Below, piece after piece: positions 1 to 9,393 of a stretch of DNA of 64,000 nucleotides. The notes beneath the pieces are model-generated. The model was not told where the DNA came from. It saw only the letters and a list, made by a program, of their open reading frames with translations, and did not search any database. The DNA lies in NCBI GenBank assembly GCA_023957315.1, contig JAMLHE010000002.1:263750-327749 (forward strand). Reading direction: 5' to 3'. Position 1 is the stretch's first letter. Each line of letters opens with the position of its first letter. Both the position numbers and the translations under genes were made by a program. This stretch comes from Candidatus Kapaibacterium sp. Lineage in GTDB: Bacteria; Bacteroidota; Ignavibacteria; Kapaibacteriales; UBA2268.

Positions 1-257
1 CTTTGATTCTCAACGCATCGAAATTGACATTTGTCATAGTTGTAAATAATGCTTCTATAACATATTTATCATATTTTTCGGTATTGATATTATTTTGGTT
101 GAGTATGTGTGTGTAAAATGATAAGCCCTGAGTGGCATACTGCAAAATATCTTGCAACTTGGAAGTCAAATCATCTTTGCCGCACACGCCCATATTGTCC
201 ATGCATCTAAATCGTACATTTTGTTCACATTGATAGCAAAACATGTTTATTCCTTAA

Positions 258-590
258 TTAATTTGACCTTTTCATCAACAACAATGCCTTGGATTTTTCC
301 AAAGTCTTCAACGAATGCGGAGCCTTCGACGGGATAATAAGCAAATCGCCCGTTTTGAGATGATTAACATCACCTGAAACCGTGAAATCAACTTTCCCTT
401 CGATTACATAGAAAAATGCTTCGTATGGTGCTGAGTGTTCGCTGATGTATTGGTCTGCATCAAATGCGAATAGAGTAACTTTTAAATTGTCAAAATGCTT
501 GATAATTTTGCTCACGATTGAGCCTTCGTTGTAATCCACCATTTCTGCGAATGGGAATACTAATGCTTTTTGTTCTGAATTGTTTTCCAT
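258..590 (-). CDS. cupin domain protein
   Basis: 110-aa ORF; small beta-barrel cupin-like sequence (GKVDF..GD....P..PH motif region). Confidence 0.55.
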   Translation of the reverse strand: MENNSEQKALVFPFAEMVDYNEGSIVSKIIKHFDNLKVTLFAFDADQYISEHSAPYEAFFYVIEGKVDFTVSGDVNHLKTGDLLIIPSKAPHSLKTLEKSKALLLMKRSN

Positions 591-604
591 TTTCTTACCT
601 CTTA

Positions 605-1474
605 TTAATTAATAGATTTTATTTTGGCACTGCTGCCATTGATTCCAATTGTATGTTCTTCGATTGGCAAATGCTGCCCGACTGCATTGTATGCTTTTTT
701 CAAAATGTCTGTAAGCCCTGAGCAACATGGCACTTCCATTCGAAGTACAATGATTTTTTCGAGATTAGCCGTCGCAATAATTTGGGCTAATTTGTTCTGA
801 TAAGGCTCAGTATAATCTAATTTAGGACACGCAAGAACGACGGCGTTATTTTTGATGTAATCTTGCTGAATATTGCCATATGCCACAGGAGCACATGTGG
901 ACATAAGAATGAGTGTTTTGCCTTGCAAAAAATCAGAACCGGGATTTACTAAATGCAACTGAACGGGCCAATGTTCCAATTCGGAATTATTGTCCGATTT
1001 CTTTTGATTGCTTGATTTGTCCTCGATTACATTCAATGGTTTGAATATCTTCTTCTGTGCACTGCCCGGGCATCCGCCACCACTTTGTTCTGTCGGCATA
1101 TCGTGCCCTCCGCCTTTGTTAATGATATTGATTTTGATTCCTATTTCCTCGAGATAATGCACTGCTAAATTGAAATTATCCAAGTCGCCCATATCAAAAA
1201 GATGCAACAAATGAGCTTTGATATCGGCGTCCGGTTCGTGTAGCAATCTCTCCAGTACTTCGATTTCGTCATAAGCTTCTGTTTCGCGTTCTTCATAAGT
1301 AATAGCTCCCAAGGGGCACTCGCCGATACATGCTCCAAATCCGTCGCATAGGGAGTCTTTGACAAGTTTTGCTTTGCCGTCAATTATTTGAATAGCACCT
1401 TCGTGGCATGATGGAATGCATATTCCGCATCCGTCGCACTTATCTTCGTCAATTTTTATTACCTTTCTAATCAT
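605..1474 (-). CDS. 4Fe-4S dicluster ferredoxin-domain protein with C-terminal Cys-rich domain
   Basis: Two CxxCxxCxxxCP motifs (CDGCGICIPSC, CDGFGACIGECP) at N-terminus; C-terminal CCSG motif. ATG at 1474 (MIRKV) preferred over the TTG-initiated extension to 1528. Confidence 0.6.
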   Translation of the reverse strand: MIRKVIKIDEDKCDGCGICIPSCHEGAIQIIDGKAKLVKDSLCDGFGACIGECPLGAITYEERETEAYDEIEVLERLLHEPDADIKAHLLHLFDMGDLDNFNLAVHYLEEIGIKINIINKGGGHDMPTEQSGGGCPGSAQKKIFKPLNVIEDKSSNQKKSDNNSELEHWPVQLHLVNPGSDFLQGKTLILMSTCAPVAYGNIQQDYIKNNAVVLACPKLDYTEPYQNKLAQIIATANLEKIIVLRMEVPCCSGLTDILKKAYNAVGQHLPIEEHTIGINGSSAKIKSIN

Positions 1475-1589
1475 TTTGTGTAATCTTTTCTTAATCAGAC
1501 AAAAAACTCTGAAACAAAAATAAGACAAAATTTTCTTATTTGCAAATTTTTTTTTATTTTTGTCATAATATTTAATAGGAAATTAAAAA

Positions 1590-2027
1590 ATGACTGTCAT
1601 CTTCTCAAAAAAATGCGAGCTGGGGCTTCAAGCAGTCTTATATCTTTCGGCTTTCCCTAAGAACACTCTTTTTTCAGCTTTGGAAATATCAGAGAAAATA
1701 AATGCACCAAAAGAGTTTGTTTCCAAAATTTTGCAAACCCTTACATCATCGGGGATTGTTGGCTCTAAAAAAGGCAACAGCGGCGGATTTTATCTCAAAA
1801 TTGACCCGGGCTCTGTCCGACTGATTGACATTGTATCAGCAATTGACGGATTAGACTTGTTTCGTAACTGTGTGCTTGGCTTTCCGGGATGTAGCGTGGA
1901 CGAACCTTGCCCCGTGCATGAAACTTGGGGTAAGTTGCGAAATGAAACATATACAATGCTTAGTAATCAGACATTGGCAGAATTACGTGACATAACTGTA
2001 AATAAAATAAATTCTCTAAAGAAATGA
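1590..2027 (+). CDS. Rrf2 family transcriptional regulator (NsrR/IscR-like, 3-Cys cluster ligands)
   Basis: N-terminal wHTH Rrf2 fold sequence; C-terminal C..GC....PC cluster-ligand motif (CVLGFPGCSVDEPCPVH); immediately upstream of nrfHA. Confidence 0.75.
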   Translation: MTVIFSKKCELGLQAVLYLSAFPKNTLFSALEISEKINAPKEFVSKILQTLTSSGIVGSKKGNSGGFYLKIDPGSVRLIDIVSAIDGLDLFRNCVLGFPGCSVDEPCPVHETWGKLRNETYTMLSNQTLAELRDITVNKINSLKK

Positions 2028-2095
2028 TTTGTCACATTAAATATTTTTTCATACATTTGATAAAAGATATTGGTGTCTGATTATAAAAAAGATAT

Positions 2096-2683
2096 ATGCA
2101 AGCTAAAAAAATAATAAGGGCTCTTATTCCACCCTATAATTGGCGAATGGCAGTAGCTATCGCCTTTGGAGCGTTGGTAGGTATTGGAGCAACAGCATTC
2201 CATTTGTCTAATTTTACTTCATATATGTATGATGACCCAACGACTTGTGTGAATTGCCATTTGATGACACCGCATTATGTTACTTGGATGAAAGGCAGCC
2301 ATGGCGGTAAAGTTACCTGTAATGATTGCCATGTGCCTCACGATAATATTTTCAACACCTACTATTTCAAGGCAAAAGATGGCATGAGACACGCATATGT
2401 GTTCACAACGCGTACCGAACCCGAAATAATTGCTATCAAAGAAGCAGGCATTGCTGTCGTTCAGGAAAATTGCAAACGTTGCCACGACCACCAAATCAAT
2501 TCTGTTACTGCAGGAATTTTTTCAGAACGTAGTTTCAGCCATGGCGGAGACAGACTTTGTTGGGATTGCCACAGAGAAATCCCACACGGAAGAATCAACA
2601 GCCAAACTGCTACGCCTTATGCGAAAATTCCGGACCAAAACACTACCATTCCCGAATGGATTAAAAAATTGCAAGTTAAATAA
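2096..2683 (+). CDS. nrfH: cytochrome c nitrite reductase small subunit NrfH (NapC/NirT tetrahaem quinol dehydrogenase)
   Basis: N-terminal TM helix; four CxxCH haem motifs (CVNCH, CNDCH, CKRCH, CWDCH); followed by nrfA. Confidence 0.85.
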   Translation: MQAKKIIRALIPPYNWRMAVAIAFGALVGIGATAFHLSNFTSYMYDDPTTCVNCHLMTPHYVTWMKGSHGGKVTCNDCHVPHDNIFNTYYFKAKDGMRHAYVFTTRTEPEIIAIKEAGIAVVQENCKRCHDHQINSVTAGIFSERSFSHGGDRLCWDCHREIPHGRINSQTATPYAKIPDQNTTIPEWIKKLQVK

Positions 2684-2697
2684 TATCGAGGTTTAAA

Positions 2698-4187
2698 ATG
2701 TCAGAACAACCAAAAAGAAAACATTGGGTCAATTGGGCATTATTTGGTGCCACAGTTGTTGTCGTATTCCTTGTAGGAATTTTCACTGCTCAAATCATGG
2801 AACGCCGTGCGGAAAAAGTAGCACGATTCCAAATTATTCACGAATTACCGGAATACGAGCCTCGTAACGAGGTTTGGGGCGAAAACTTCCCCAGACAATG
2901 GGAAACTTATCGCGAAACTTTGGACACAAATTTCACAAGTGCTCACGGTGGCTCATCAAAAATTGATTATCTCGAAGAATTCCCCGAACTCGTGATTCTG
3001 TGGGCTGGTTATGCCTTTTCAAAAGACTATAACCAAGGACAAGGTCATGCGAATGCTATTAATAATATCCGTAAGACTTTGCGAACAGGCGGTGTTGAAG
3101 ATTCTCCATTGCCTTCGACTTGTTGGACTTGCAAAAGTACCGACGTGCCGAGAGTCATGGCAGAAATCGGTGTTAAAGAATATTACGATAAAAAATGGAT
3201 TGAAGTTGGGCATGAATTTGTCAATCCAATTGGTTGCCAAGATTGCCACGACCCGAAAACAATGAGTTTGCGAATCACTAGACCCGCTTTGATTGAAGCA
3301 TTTGAACGTCAAGGCAAAGATATTAAGGAATTTTCGCATCAAGATATGCGCTCGCTTGTTTGCGCTCAATGCCACGTTGAATATTATTTTAAAAAACCGG
3401 GCAATTATCTCACTTTCCCATGGGACAAAGGTTTTTCGGCTGACGATATGGAAGCCTATTTCGACGAAATAGATTTTAGCGATTGGACTCATAAACTGAG
3501 TCGCGCCCCTATGCTCAAAGCACAGCACCCGGATTACGAATTATTCATGACCGGTGTTCATGCCGAAAGAGGCGTGTCATGCTCGGATTGCCATATGCCA
3601 TACAAAATGGAAGGCGGCGTTAAATTCACAGACCACCATTTAAGCAGCCCACTCAGAAACGTTGCGGCTTCGTGCCAAGTTTGTCACCGCGAAAGCGAAG
3701 CGCAGCTGATTAAAGATGTGACCTCGCGCCAAGATAAAGTATTGGAACTCAGACGTTTGGCTGAAAAGTCACTCGCAGCTGCTCATATCGAAGCTAAAAG
3801 CATCGTGGGATGCAGGTGCTACGAAGCTTAAAATGGCGCCGGTGCTCAAACTTATCCGCCACGCTCAATGGAGATGAAGTTGGGTTGCTGCTGCTAATGG
3901 CGTGGGATTCCACTCACCCGTTTGAAGCTCTCAGAGTGCTTGGCACTTCCATCCAAGCTGAACAAGCGCGCGTGCTCAAAACGCTCTTGTTCTTGTAAGA
4001 TTAAGTGTGCGCTTCTATTCCGATGCCCGATATTTCAGCAAAAGAATTGGCTCAAAAATATATCGGACTTGATATTGACGCATTGAAAAAGGATAAAATC
4101 AAGCTCTTGGAAACAGTTGTCAAAGAGTGGGATAAAGAAGCTTTGAAAAGACAAGGTACTTTGATTGATTATAAATTGAACAAATAA
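2698..4187 (+). pseudogene. nrfA: cytochrome c552 nitrite reductase NrfA; 5' 1.1 kb intact, 3' end disrupted by 2 frameshifts and 3 in-frame stops
   Basis: CWTCK active-site haem motif plus four CxxCH (CQDCH, CAQCH, CSDCH, CQVCH) in frame 1. Homology to the NrfA C-terminus (WDAGAT..IRHAQWRWD..EALRVLGTS..IPDIS..) continues through frames 2 and 3 to 4187. The annotated ORF stops at 3831. Confidence 0.7.
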
Positions 4188-4250
4188 ATTTTCATTATAA
4201 TTTTGAATTTTGACTAAGAAATTACGAACTACTTTTTAACAGAGGGTTAA

Positions 4251-5456
4251 ATGAAAAAATTTACTTTATTATTTTTATTGATTATTTTTCCTTATATCAT
4301 GAGTGCTCAAGATTGGGGAATCAGATTTAACGGATTTGTCAAAACTGATGCGATGTTTGACACGCGCCAGAATGTAACTGCCCGCGAAGGACATTTTCTC
4401 CTTTTTCCAATGGATGTAGATGAAGTTGAAGGCGGCGATGTCAATGAGACAATGAATTTCAACATGTTGTCCATCCAATCACGTATTACAGGCAAAATCA
4501 CTGCACCTGACTTCCTTGGAGCAAAAACTACAGGTATGATTGAAGGTGCATTTTTTGGGCATACTAATTCAGATATTAACGGTTTTAGATTGCGCCATGC
4601 AACTTTGAATTTGGATTGGGGTACATCTGAACTGTTGATTGGGCAATATTGGACGCCACTTTTTATTGATGAAGCCTTTGCCAAATCTATTTCGTTCAAT
4701 ACCGGAACACCGTTTCAGCCATTTGCTCGCAATCCTCAAATCCGCTACACATTCAAAGCCGATAAATTCCACGTAAACGTAGCTGCTTACTCGGAACGCG
4801 ATTTTGCATCAACTGGTCCTGACGGCGAAACGTCAACTTATTTGCGTAATGCGGTTCTCCCTGTTCTGAATTTTGGCTTGAAATACAATACCGGGAATAT
4901 GCTTTTTGCAGCAAATGCAAATTACAAATCCATCCGCCCACGATTGTTAACCGAAAAGAATCATATTGACGAAAACAAAGTTAATGCAATGACTTTCAAT
5001 GGTGCGATTAAGTATTACGAAGAGGATTTCTTCGTAACATTGCAGGGTTTATACGGTCAAAACACTTCGGCATTAACGATGCTTGGCGGCTATGCTGTAA
5101 CTGCGATTGACGAGAGCAACGGCATGTGGGAATACACTCCTTTGAACACTTTTTCCGGTTTTATTGATATGGAATACGGTAAAGTTTGGAAAATCGGCTT
5201 TTTGGGAGGCTATACAATGAATCTCGGTGCTGACAAAGATATTGTCGGCAATACCTATGGTCGCGGTGCAAATATTGATAATGTCCTCCGCATTTCACCA
5301 AGGCTTTCATATCGCACCGGTATGACACAATTCTCCACTGAATTTGAAGTTACTCAAGCTGCTTACGGAACAAGAGCTACTGTAAAAGGGGTTAACGAAA
5401 ACACTCACAATGTAATGAACATTCGCGTACTTTTAGCGGCAATATTATTCTTCTAA
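4251..5456 (+). CDS. outer-membrane beta-barrel protein (porin-like), signal peptide
   Basis: Signal peptide MKKFTLLFLLIIFPYIMSAQ; alternating amphipathic beta-strand character; C-terminal aromatic residue; downstream of nrfHA. Confidence 0.55.
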   Translation: MKKFTLLFLLIIFPYIMSAQDWGIRFNGFVKTDAMFDTRQNVTAREGHFLLFPMDVDEVEGGDVNETMNFNMLSIQSRITGKITAPDFLGAKTTGMIEGAFFGHTNSDINGFRLRHATLNLDWGTSELLIGQYWTPLFIDEAFAKSISFNTGTPFQPFARNPQIRYTFKADKFHVNVAAYSERDFASTGPDGETSTYLRNAVLPVLNFGLKYNTGNMLFAANANYKSIRPRLLTEKNHIDENKVNAMTFNGAIKYYEEDFFVTLQGLYGQNTSALTMLGGYAVTAIDESNGMWEYTPLNTFSGFIDMEYGKVWKIGFLGGYTMNLGADKDIVGNTYGRGANIDNVLRISPRLSYRTGMTQFSTEFEVTQAAYGTRATVKGVNENTHNVMNIRVLLAAILFF

Positions 5457-5482
5457 TCCAAAATTAACTTTGCAAAATGAAA

Positions 5483-5516
5483 TCAACCATTTATGACAAT
5501 GGTTGATTTTTTTTTT
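5483..5516 (+). terminator. rho-independent terminator after porin gene
   Basis: Hairpin tcaaccatt-tatgaca-atggttga followed by T10. Confidence 0.7.
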
Positions 5517-5601
5517 GTTAAAATTGTCAAAAATTTGCATAATTTAACAGCGTTAATTATATTTGCAATATAGAATATTTATATTGTAAAATATATTAAA
5601 G

Positions 5602-6201
5602 GTGTTAAAGATGAATAAGAAAGAAATCCAAGAGCAAAGGATGAAGATGTATTTCATCAATGCTACAAAGGAGTTGCTGAAAGGCGAAGGGCTTAAAAGT
5701 ATCAGTGTGCGTAATATTGCCGATAGAGCCGGATACTCATTTGGAACATTGTACAATTATTTTGACGATGTTAAGGAACTGATTTTTATATGTGTGGAAG
5801 ATTTCCAAACTGAGTGTCGAGATTTTATCGAAGAACGAACAAAAACTCAGTCACAGGGAAAAGACAAACTTCGTGCAATTGTCAAATTCTATATGTACTA
5901 CTTTGTTCAATATCCGGGAATTTTCGAATTATTCTTTTTGGAACGAGCTAATGATGTCGGCAACAAAAAGCCTACTTTCGAGATGATTTATTCCTTTTTG
6001 GATAAATTATGCCGTGATGAATGGAAGTATTTAGTTGAGCAAGGTGCTTTGAGCAAACAGCAAGCCCGAGTGAAAGCTGAAATAACAAAAAACATGGTTG
6101 TGGGAATGTTGATTTTTTATCTTAATCGGCATAATCCTCAATCATTTGATGAATTTTCGCAAAGAACTGAATCATTATTAAATGAAATTTTGAATTTTTA
6201 A
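5602..6201 (+). CDS. TetR/AcrR family transcriptional regulator
   Basis: N-terminal HTH (RNIADRAGYSFGTLYNYF) typical of TetR. Confidence 0.8.
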   Translation: MLKMNKKEIQEQRMKMYFINATKELLKGEGLKSISVRNIADRAGYSFGTLYNYFDDVKELIFICVEDFQTECRDFIEERTKTQSQGKDKLRAIVKFYMYYFVQYPGIFELFFLERANDVGNKKPTFEMIYSFLDKLCRDEWKYLVEQGALSKQQARVKAEITKNMVVGMLIFYLNRHNPQSFDEFSQRTESLLNEILNF

Positions 6202-6263
6202 TTCAAAAATATTGTCATTTGAAATATTTATATTACGTTACGAAAAAAAAACGGTGAAATATT

Positions 6264-7076
6264 ATGTTAGAATGGGCAAGTCGTCAAGACCCTGTGATGT
6301 TGGCATTGTACGCATCACTTTTTACATGGAGCATAACAGCTTTGGGTGCCGCCACAGTATTCTTTTTCAAAAGTATTAACAAACGCGTACTGAATGCTAT
6401 GTTGGGATTTGCAGCCGGAGTCATGATAGCTGCATCATTTTGGTCATTGCTCAATCCCGCAATCGAAATGGCTGAAGCAATGGGAATGATTCCTTGGGTT
6501 CCGGCTGTAGCAGGCTTTCTGAGCGGAGGTTTGGCACTATTTTTAATTGATAAAATATTGCCTCACTTGCATTTGGGTTTGCCCCCGACTCAAGCAGAGG
6601 GTATAAAAACCTCGTGGCACAGGAGTATATTGCTCGTTTTGGCAATTACATTGCATAATATTCCCGAAGGACTTGCAATCGGTGTTGCATTTGGGGCTTT
6701 AGCAACGGATATGCCGGGCGCTTCAATGACCGGAGCTTTGGCTTTAGCTTTGGGTATCGGATTGCAGAATTTCCCTGAAGGTGCTGCGGTATCCGTTCCA
6801 TTGCGTCGCGAAGGCTTTTCACGTCTCAAAGCTTTCATGTATGGTCAATCATCTGCAATTGTCGAACCGATTGCCGCCGTGATTGGCGCTTTGGCTGTTA
6901 TTTCATTCTCCTCAATATTGCCTTTTGCATTGTCTTTTGCCGCAGGAGCTATGATTTTCGTTGTTGTGGAGGAGTTGATTCCCGAATCGCAGCAAGGAAA
7001 CGACACCGACACTTCAACGATTGGCGCGATGCTCGGTTTTGCTATAATGATGCTTTTGGATGTCGCTTTGGGGTAG
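6264..7076 (+). CDS. ZIP family metal (zinc) transporter, ZupT-like
   Basis: Multi-TM protein; HNIPEGLAIGVAF and QNFPEGAAV ZIP signature motifs. Confidence 0.8.
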   Translation: MLEWASRQDPVMLALYASLFTWSITALGAATVFFFKSINKRVLNAMLGFAAGVMIAASFWSLLNPAIEMAEAMGMIPWVPAVAGFLSGGLALFLIDKILPHLHLGLPPTQAEGIKTSWHRSILLVLAITLHNIPEGLAIGVAFGALATDMPGASMTGALALALGIGLQNFPEGAAVSVPLRREGFSRLKAFMYGQSSAIVEPIAAVIGALAVISFSSILPFALSFAAGAMIFVVVEELIPESQQGNDTDTSTIGAMLGFAIMMLLDVALG

Positions 7077-7095
7077 GGATGGGTAGGGGGGATTC

Positions 7096-7141
7096 ATTAT
7101 TCTCCGCAAAAACAAAATAATCTCCGCAAAATGTGCGGAGA
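7096..7141 (-). terminator. candidate terminator downstream of R-M operon
   Basis: Hairpin tctccgcacattttgcggaga followed by T-rich tract when read on the minus strand. Confidence 0.4.
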
Positions 7142-7171
7142 AAGTTTTGATGTGATTTTGAATAGGCGGAA

Positions 7172-8092
7172 TTAAGCTACTACAAGTTGCAATGCTAATT
7201 GTTCAGGTCTCTTTTTCAAGCCGTGATTATGTGAAGTGATGTGGTCTGTATCGAAATTACAAACTAACGCTTCTACAACTGTACGTCTGTTTTCGATATT
7301 AGGACCGTTATGATAAAAATGGTCTTTAGTTACAATGTTGAAATTACTCCAAAATTTATTTATCATTTCATTCTCGCGCCAGTCATTATGATGCCAAGTT
7401 GAAAGGATAAACTTTGCTTTTGTTTCAGTCAATAGCTTAAACAAAAGTTCTTCATCTTGTTCTGTCCATCCGTTGTAATAATCAACGTGTCTGCCATAGT
7501 ATGGTGGGTCGCAATAAATAACATCGTCTTTTGTCGCAAGTGGAATAATATGTTCAAATGACTTGTTGTAAAAAGTCCAGTCCGGTTCGGGCTGAATAAT
7601 TTGCGAAACTGTCGCAAGTTGGTTAGTTATTTTAGTAATATATGCTTGAGCAAATCTTTCAGGTTTTTTGCAAAACGGAATGTTCCAATTTCCTTTACTA
7701 CCAAACCTCATCATACCATTGAAACCTGCACGGGAAAGAAAAATAAAGTCATAAGGTGAAAATTCTCCACTATTGAACCTTGTCCTGACTTTCAGATAAT
7801 GCTCATAGCCATTATTGTCGGCTTTGAATAAAAGCTCGCCTTCTTTTTCGAGGTAGTGTTTCATCAAAGGTGCAGTGATTGTCTTTTGCTGAACACCTTT
7901 GTAGAAATTAATGATATGAGGATTCGTGTCGTTAAGAATTGCCTTTTTGTAGCCGGAATTGAAAGCTACTACTCCGGTTCCCAAAAATGGCTCAATCCAT
8001 TTGCCATTAACCTTTGGTGCAAGTTCCATAATCCAAGGGACTAACTTAGTTTTTATTCCCTGACTTTTTATTGGTGGGACGAATACTTTCAT
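7172..8092 (-). CDS. Dam-family (D12 class) N6-adenine DNA methyltransferase, M.EcoRV-like
   Basis: EPFLGTGVV (FxGxG AdoMet motif) and DPPY catalytic motif; N-terminus MKVFVPPIKSQGIKTKLVPWI matches my memory of M.EcoRV; overlaps upstream REase gene by 4 bp. Confidence 0.7.
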   Translation of the reverse strand: MKVFVPPIKSQGIKTKLVPWIMELAPKVNGKWIEPFLGTGVVAFNSGYKKAILNDTNPHIINFYKGVQQKTITAPLMKHYLEKEGELLFKADNNGYEHYLKVRTRFNSGEFSPYDFIFLSRAGFNGMMRFGSKGNWNIPFCKKPERFAQAYITKITNQLATVSQIIQPEPDWTFYNKSFEHIIPLATKDDVIYCDPPYYGRHVDYYNGWTEQDEELLFKLLTETKAKFILSTWHHNDWRENEMINKFWSNFNIVTKDHFYHNGPNIENRRTVVEALVCNFDTDHITSHNHGLKKRPEQLALQLVVA

Positions 8093-9006
8093 TTCGATTT
8101 TGCCCTTGAGGTTCTTGAAACAATTTTATCCCAAAGGTCAGTTCTTCCTTTAAACTCCAAGAAAGCTTTAAGTGTCGTGATTTTGGTAGCGACACCGTCT
8201 TTTACCATCGTGGCAGTACCGTGATTTATCCAATATTCGTCAAACCATTCTTCACCCAACTGACTGAAAATTCCATTCTCATTTTTCAAGTCGTCAATGT
8301 CCAAAATTGAGCCAATATTTGCAGTGTTCCCGGAACCTTGTTTGTCGCTTGCAATTTTCCATTTCTCTGCTGCGAAAAAGTCGAAGTTCTTGATTACTGA
8401 GGTTATAGATTTCAAATTCTTTACAGTTGTTACTTCCCGTTGTCCAACTTTTTTGTTTGGTGTTTCATATTCCTCTTGAAGTTCTTTAACTTGATAAATT
8501 TCAGTGTTTGAAATGTCATCTGCAAAGTCCGTCCGAGTGTAAATTACACCTAAACAATAATGACCTGTGTATTGGCTGTATGGAAACTGTATGTTTTTGT
8601 CTTTGTCTCTTTCCTTGAAATAGCCACCGTGACTTCCAAGTGTAAAACCAGCTGTTTTGTTGTTTCGTCTGAAAGTTGTTTTGATGTCAAGAGCGAATTT
8701 GACGTCCTCGTTCTTCTTGTTTACAAAAGTAAGGTCGGGATACCAATTTTGCTTCTCAGCAAGAATAATATTGTAACCGATACTATCGGCAAACTGTAAG
8801 ATTTGAGGGAAAATATGTATTTCAAGAATTTTAGAAACGATTTTGGTGTCTGAAGAAATTGTATAGATGTTTTTGTATACGTCAATAAATCCTTTTACTG
8901 TCCAGTCGCCATTGTCAGTCGAAACATATTTTTCAAGCTTGTCGGCAAATTTGTCAAGCTCACTTTTGAAGTCATTTTTATATTTATTTTTTTCGTCTAA
9001 ATTCAT
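8089..9006 (-). CDS. type II restriction endonuclease, EcoRV-like (PD-(D/E)xK)
   Basis: Segments YPDLTF...LDIKTT (PD..D/ExK), GSGNTANIGSI, FTLGSHGGYF, YCLGVIYTRT match recalled R.EcoRV blocks; translationally coupled to MTase. Confidence 0.6.
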   Translation of the reverse strand: MNLDEKNKYKNDFKSELDKFADKLEKYVSTDNGDWTVKGFIDVYKNIYTISSDTKIVSKILEIHIFPQILQFADSIGYNIILAEKQNWYPDLTFVNKKNEDVKFALDIKTTFRRNNKTAGFTLGSHGGYFKERDKDKNIQFPYSQYTGHYCLGVIYTRTDFADDISNTEIYQVKELQEEYETPNKKVGQREVTTVKNLKSITSVIKNFDFFAAEKWKIASDKQGSGNTANIGSILDIDDLKNENGIFSQLGEEWFDEYWINHGTATMVKDGVATKITTLKAFLEFKGRTDLWDKIVSRTSRAKSK

Positions 9007-9066
9007 AATTCAAATGTAGTTAAAAATGTAGAACTTTACCGAGCATTAGTATTAAAATATAAAATC

Positions 9067-9297
9067 TTACTCTTGCAAATTACTTTCTAACTTGTCTGCA
9101 AGCCATACTTTGATTATTGATTGGCGAGTAACTCCGAGCCGATTTGCTTCATCATCGAGTTTAGCAATCATCCAAAGTGGCAAATCAACATTTACTCGTT
9201 TCATCTCACGAGATGTTTTTTTCGACTTTTTAATATCCAAATAAGACGTGAGGTCTTCCCCATCGTCAAATTTTTTGTCAAATTCTTGAGCTTTCAT
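9067..9297 (-). CDS. ribbon-helix-helix (CopG/BrnA-antitoxin-like) small DNA-binding protein
   Basis: 76 aa; C-terminal RVNVDLPLWMIAKLDDEANRLGVTRQSIIKVWLAD typical of RHH antitoxin/CopG family; no toxin partner adjacent; sits at head of R-M operon. Confidence 0.5.
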   Translation of the reverse strand: MKAQEFDKKFDDGEDLTSYLDIKKSKKTSREMKRVNVDLPLWMIAKLDDEANRLGVTRQSIIKVWLADKLESNLQE

Positions 9298-9393
9298 ATA
9301 TTTTAATCTCCTCTATTCTTGCATCTGAATCAGCCCTTATACTTGGAAAAAACGTTAGCTTTAAATTTATATTTGAATAGAGTTTACTCAATT

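Noticed and set aside
605-1528. N-terminal extension of ferredoxin-like ORF to 1528
   Set aside because: Extension starts with TTG and encodes a low-complexity peptide. ATG at 1474 gives the MIRKVIKIDEDKCDGCG N-terminus typical of this family.
2219-3528. Minus-strand ORFs 2219..2494, 3019..3528 and plus-strand 3011..3265 within nrfH/nrfA
   Set aside because: Lie antisense to or out of frame within strongly supported cytochrome genes. No independent signals.
3875-3877. TGA at a conserved Trp position of NrfA suggesting an alternative genetic code (TGA=Trp/Gly) or selenocysteine
   Set aside because: TGA terminates several well-defined genes elsewhere in the window at their expected C-termini (for example the Rrf2 gene at 2025-2027). 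The nrfA lesion is accompanied by two frameshifts and two TAA stops, so a simple inactivating mutation is the better explanation.
3790-4010. Diversity-generating retroelement or programmed recoding as cause of the clustered nrfA lesions
   Set aside because: No reverse transcriptase or template repeat nearby. Lesions are indels and nonsense changes rather than adenine-specific substitutions.
9067-9297. Complete BrnT/BrnA-type toxin-antitoxin module
   Set aside because: Only the RHH (antitoxin-like) gene is present. No small toxin ORF on either side, and the next gene downstream is the restriction endonuclease.
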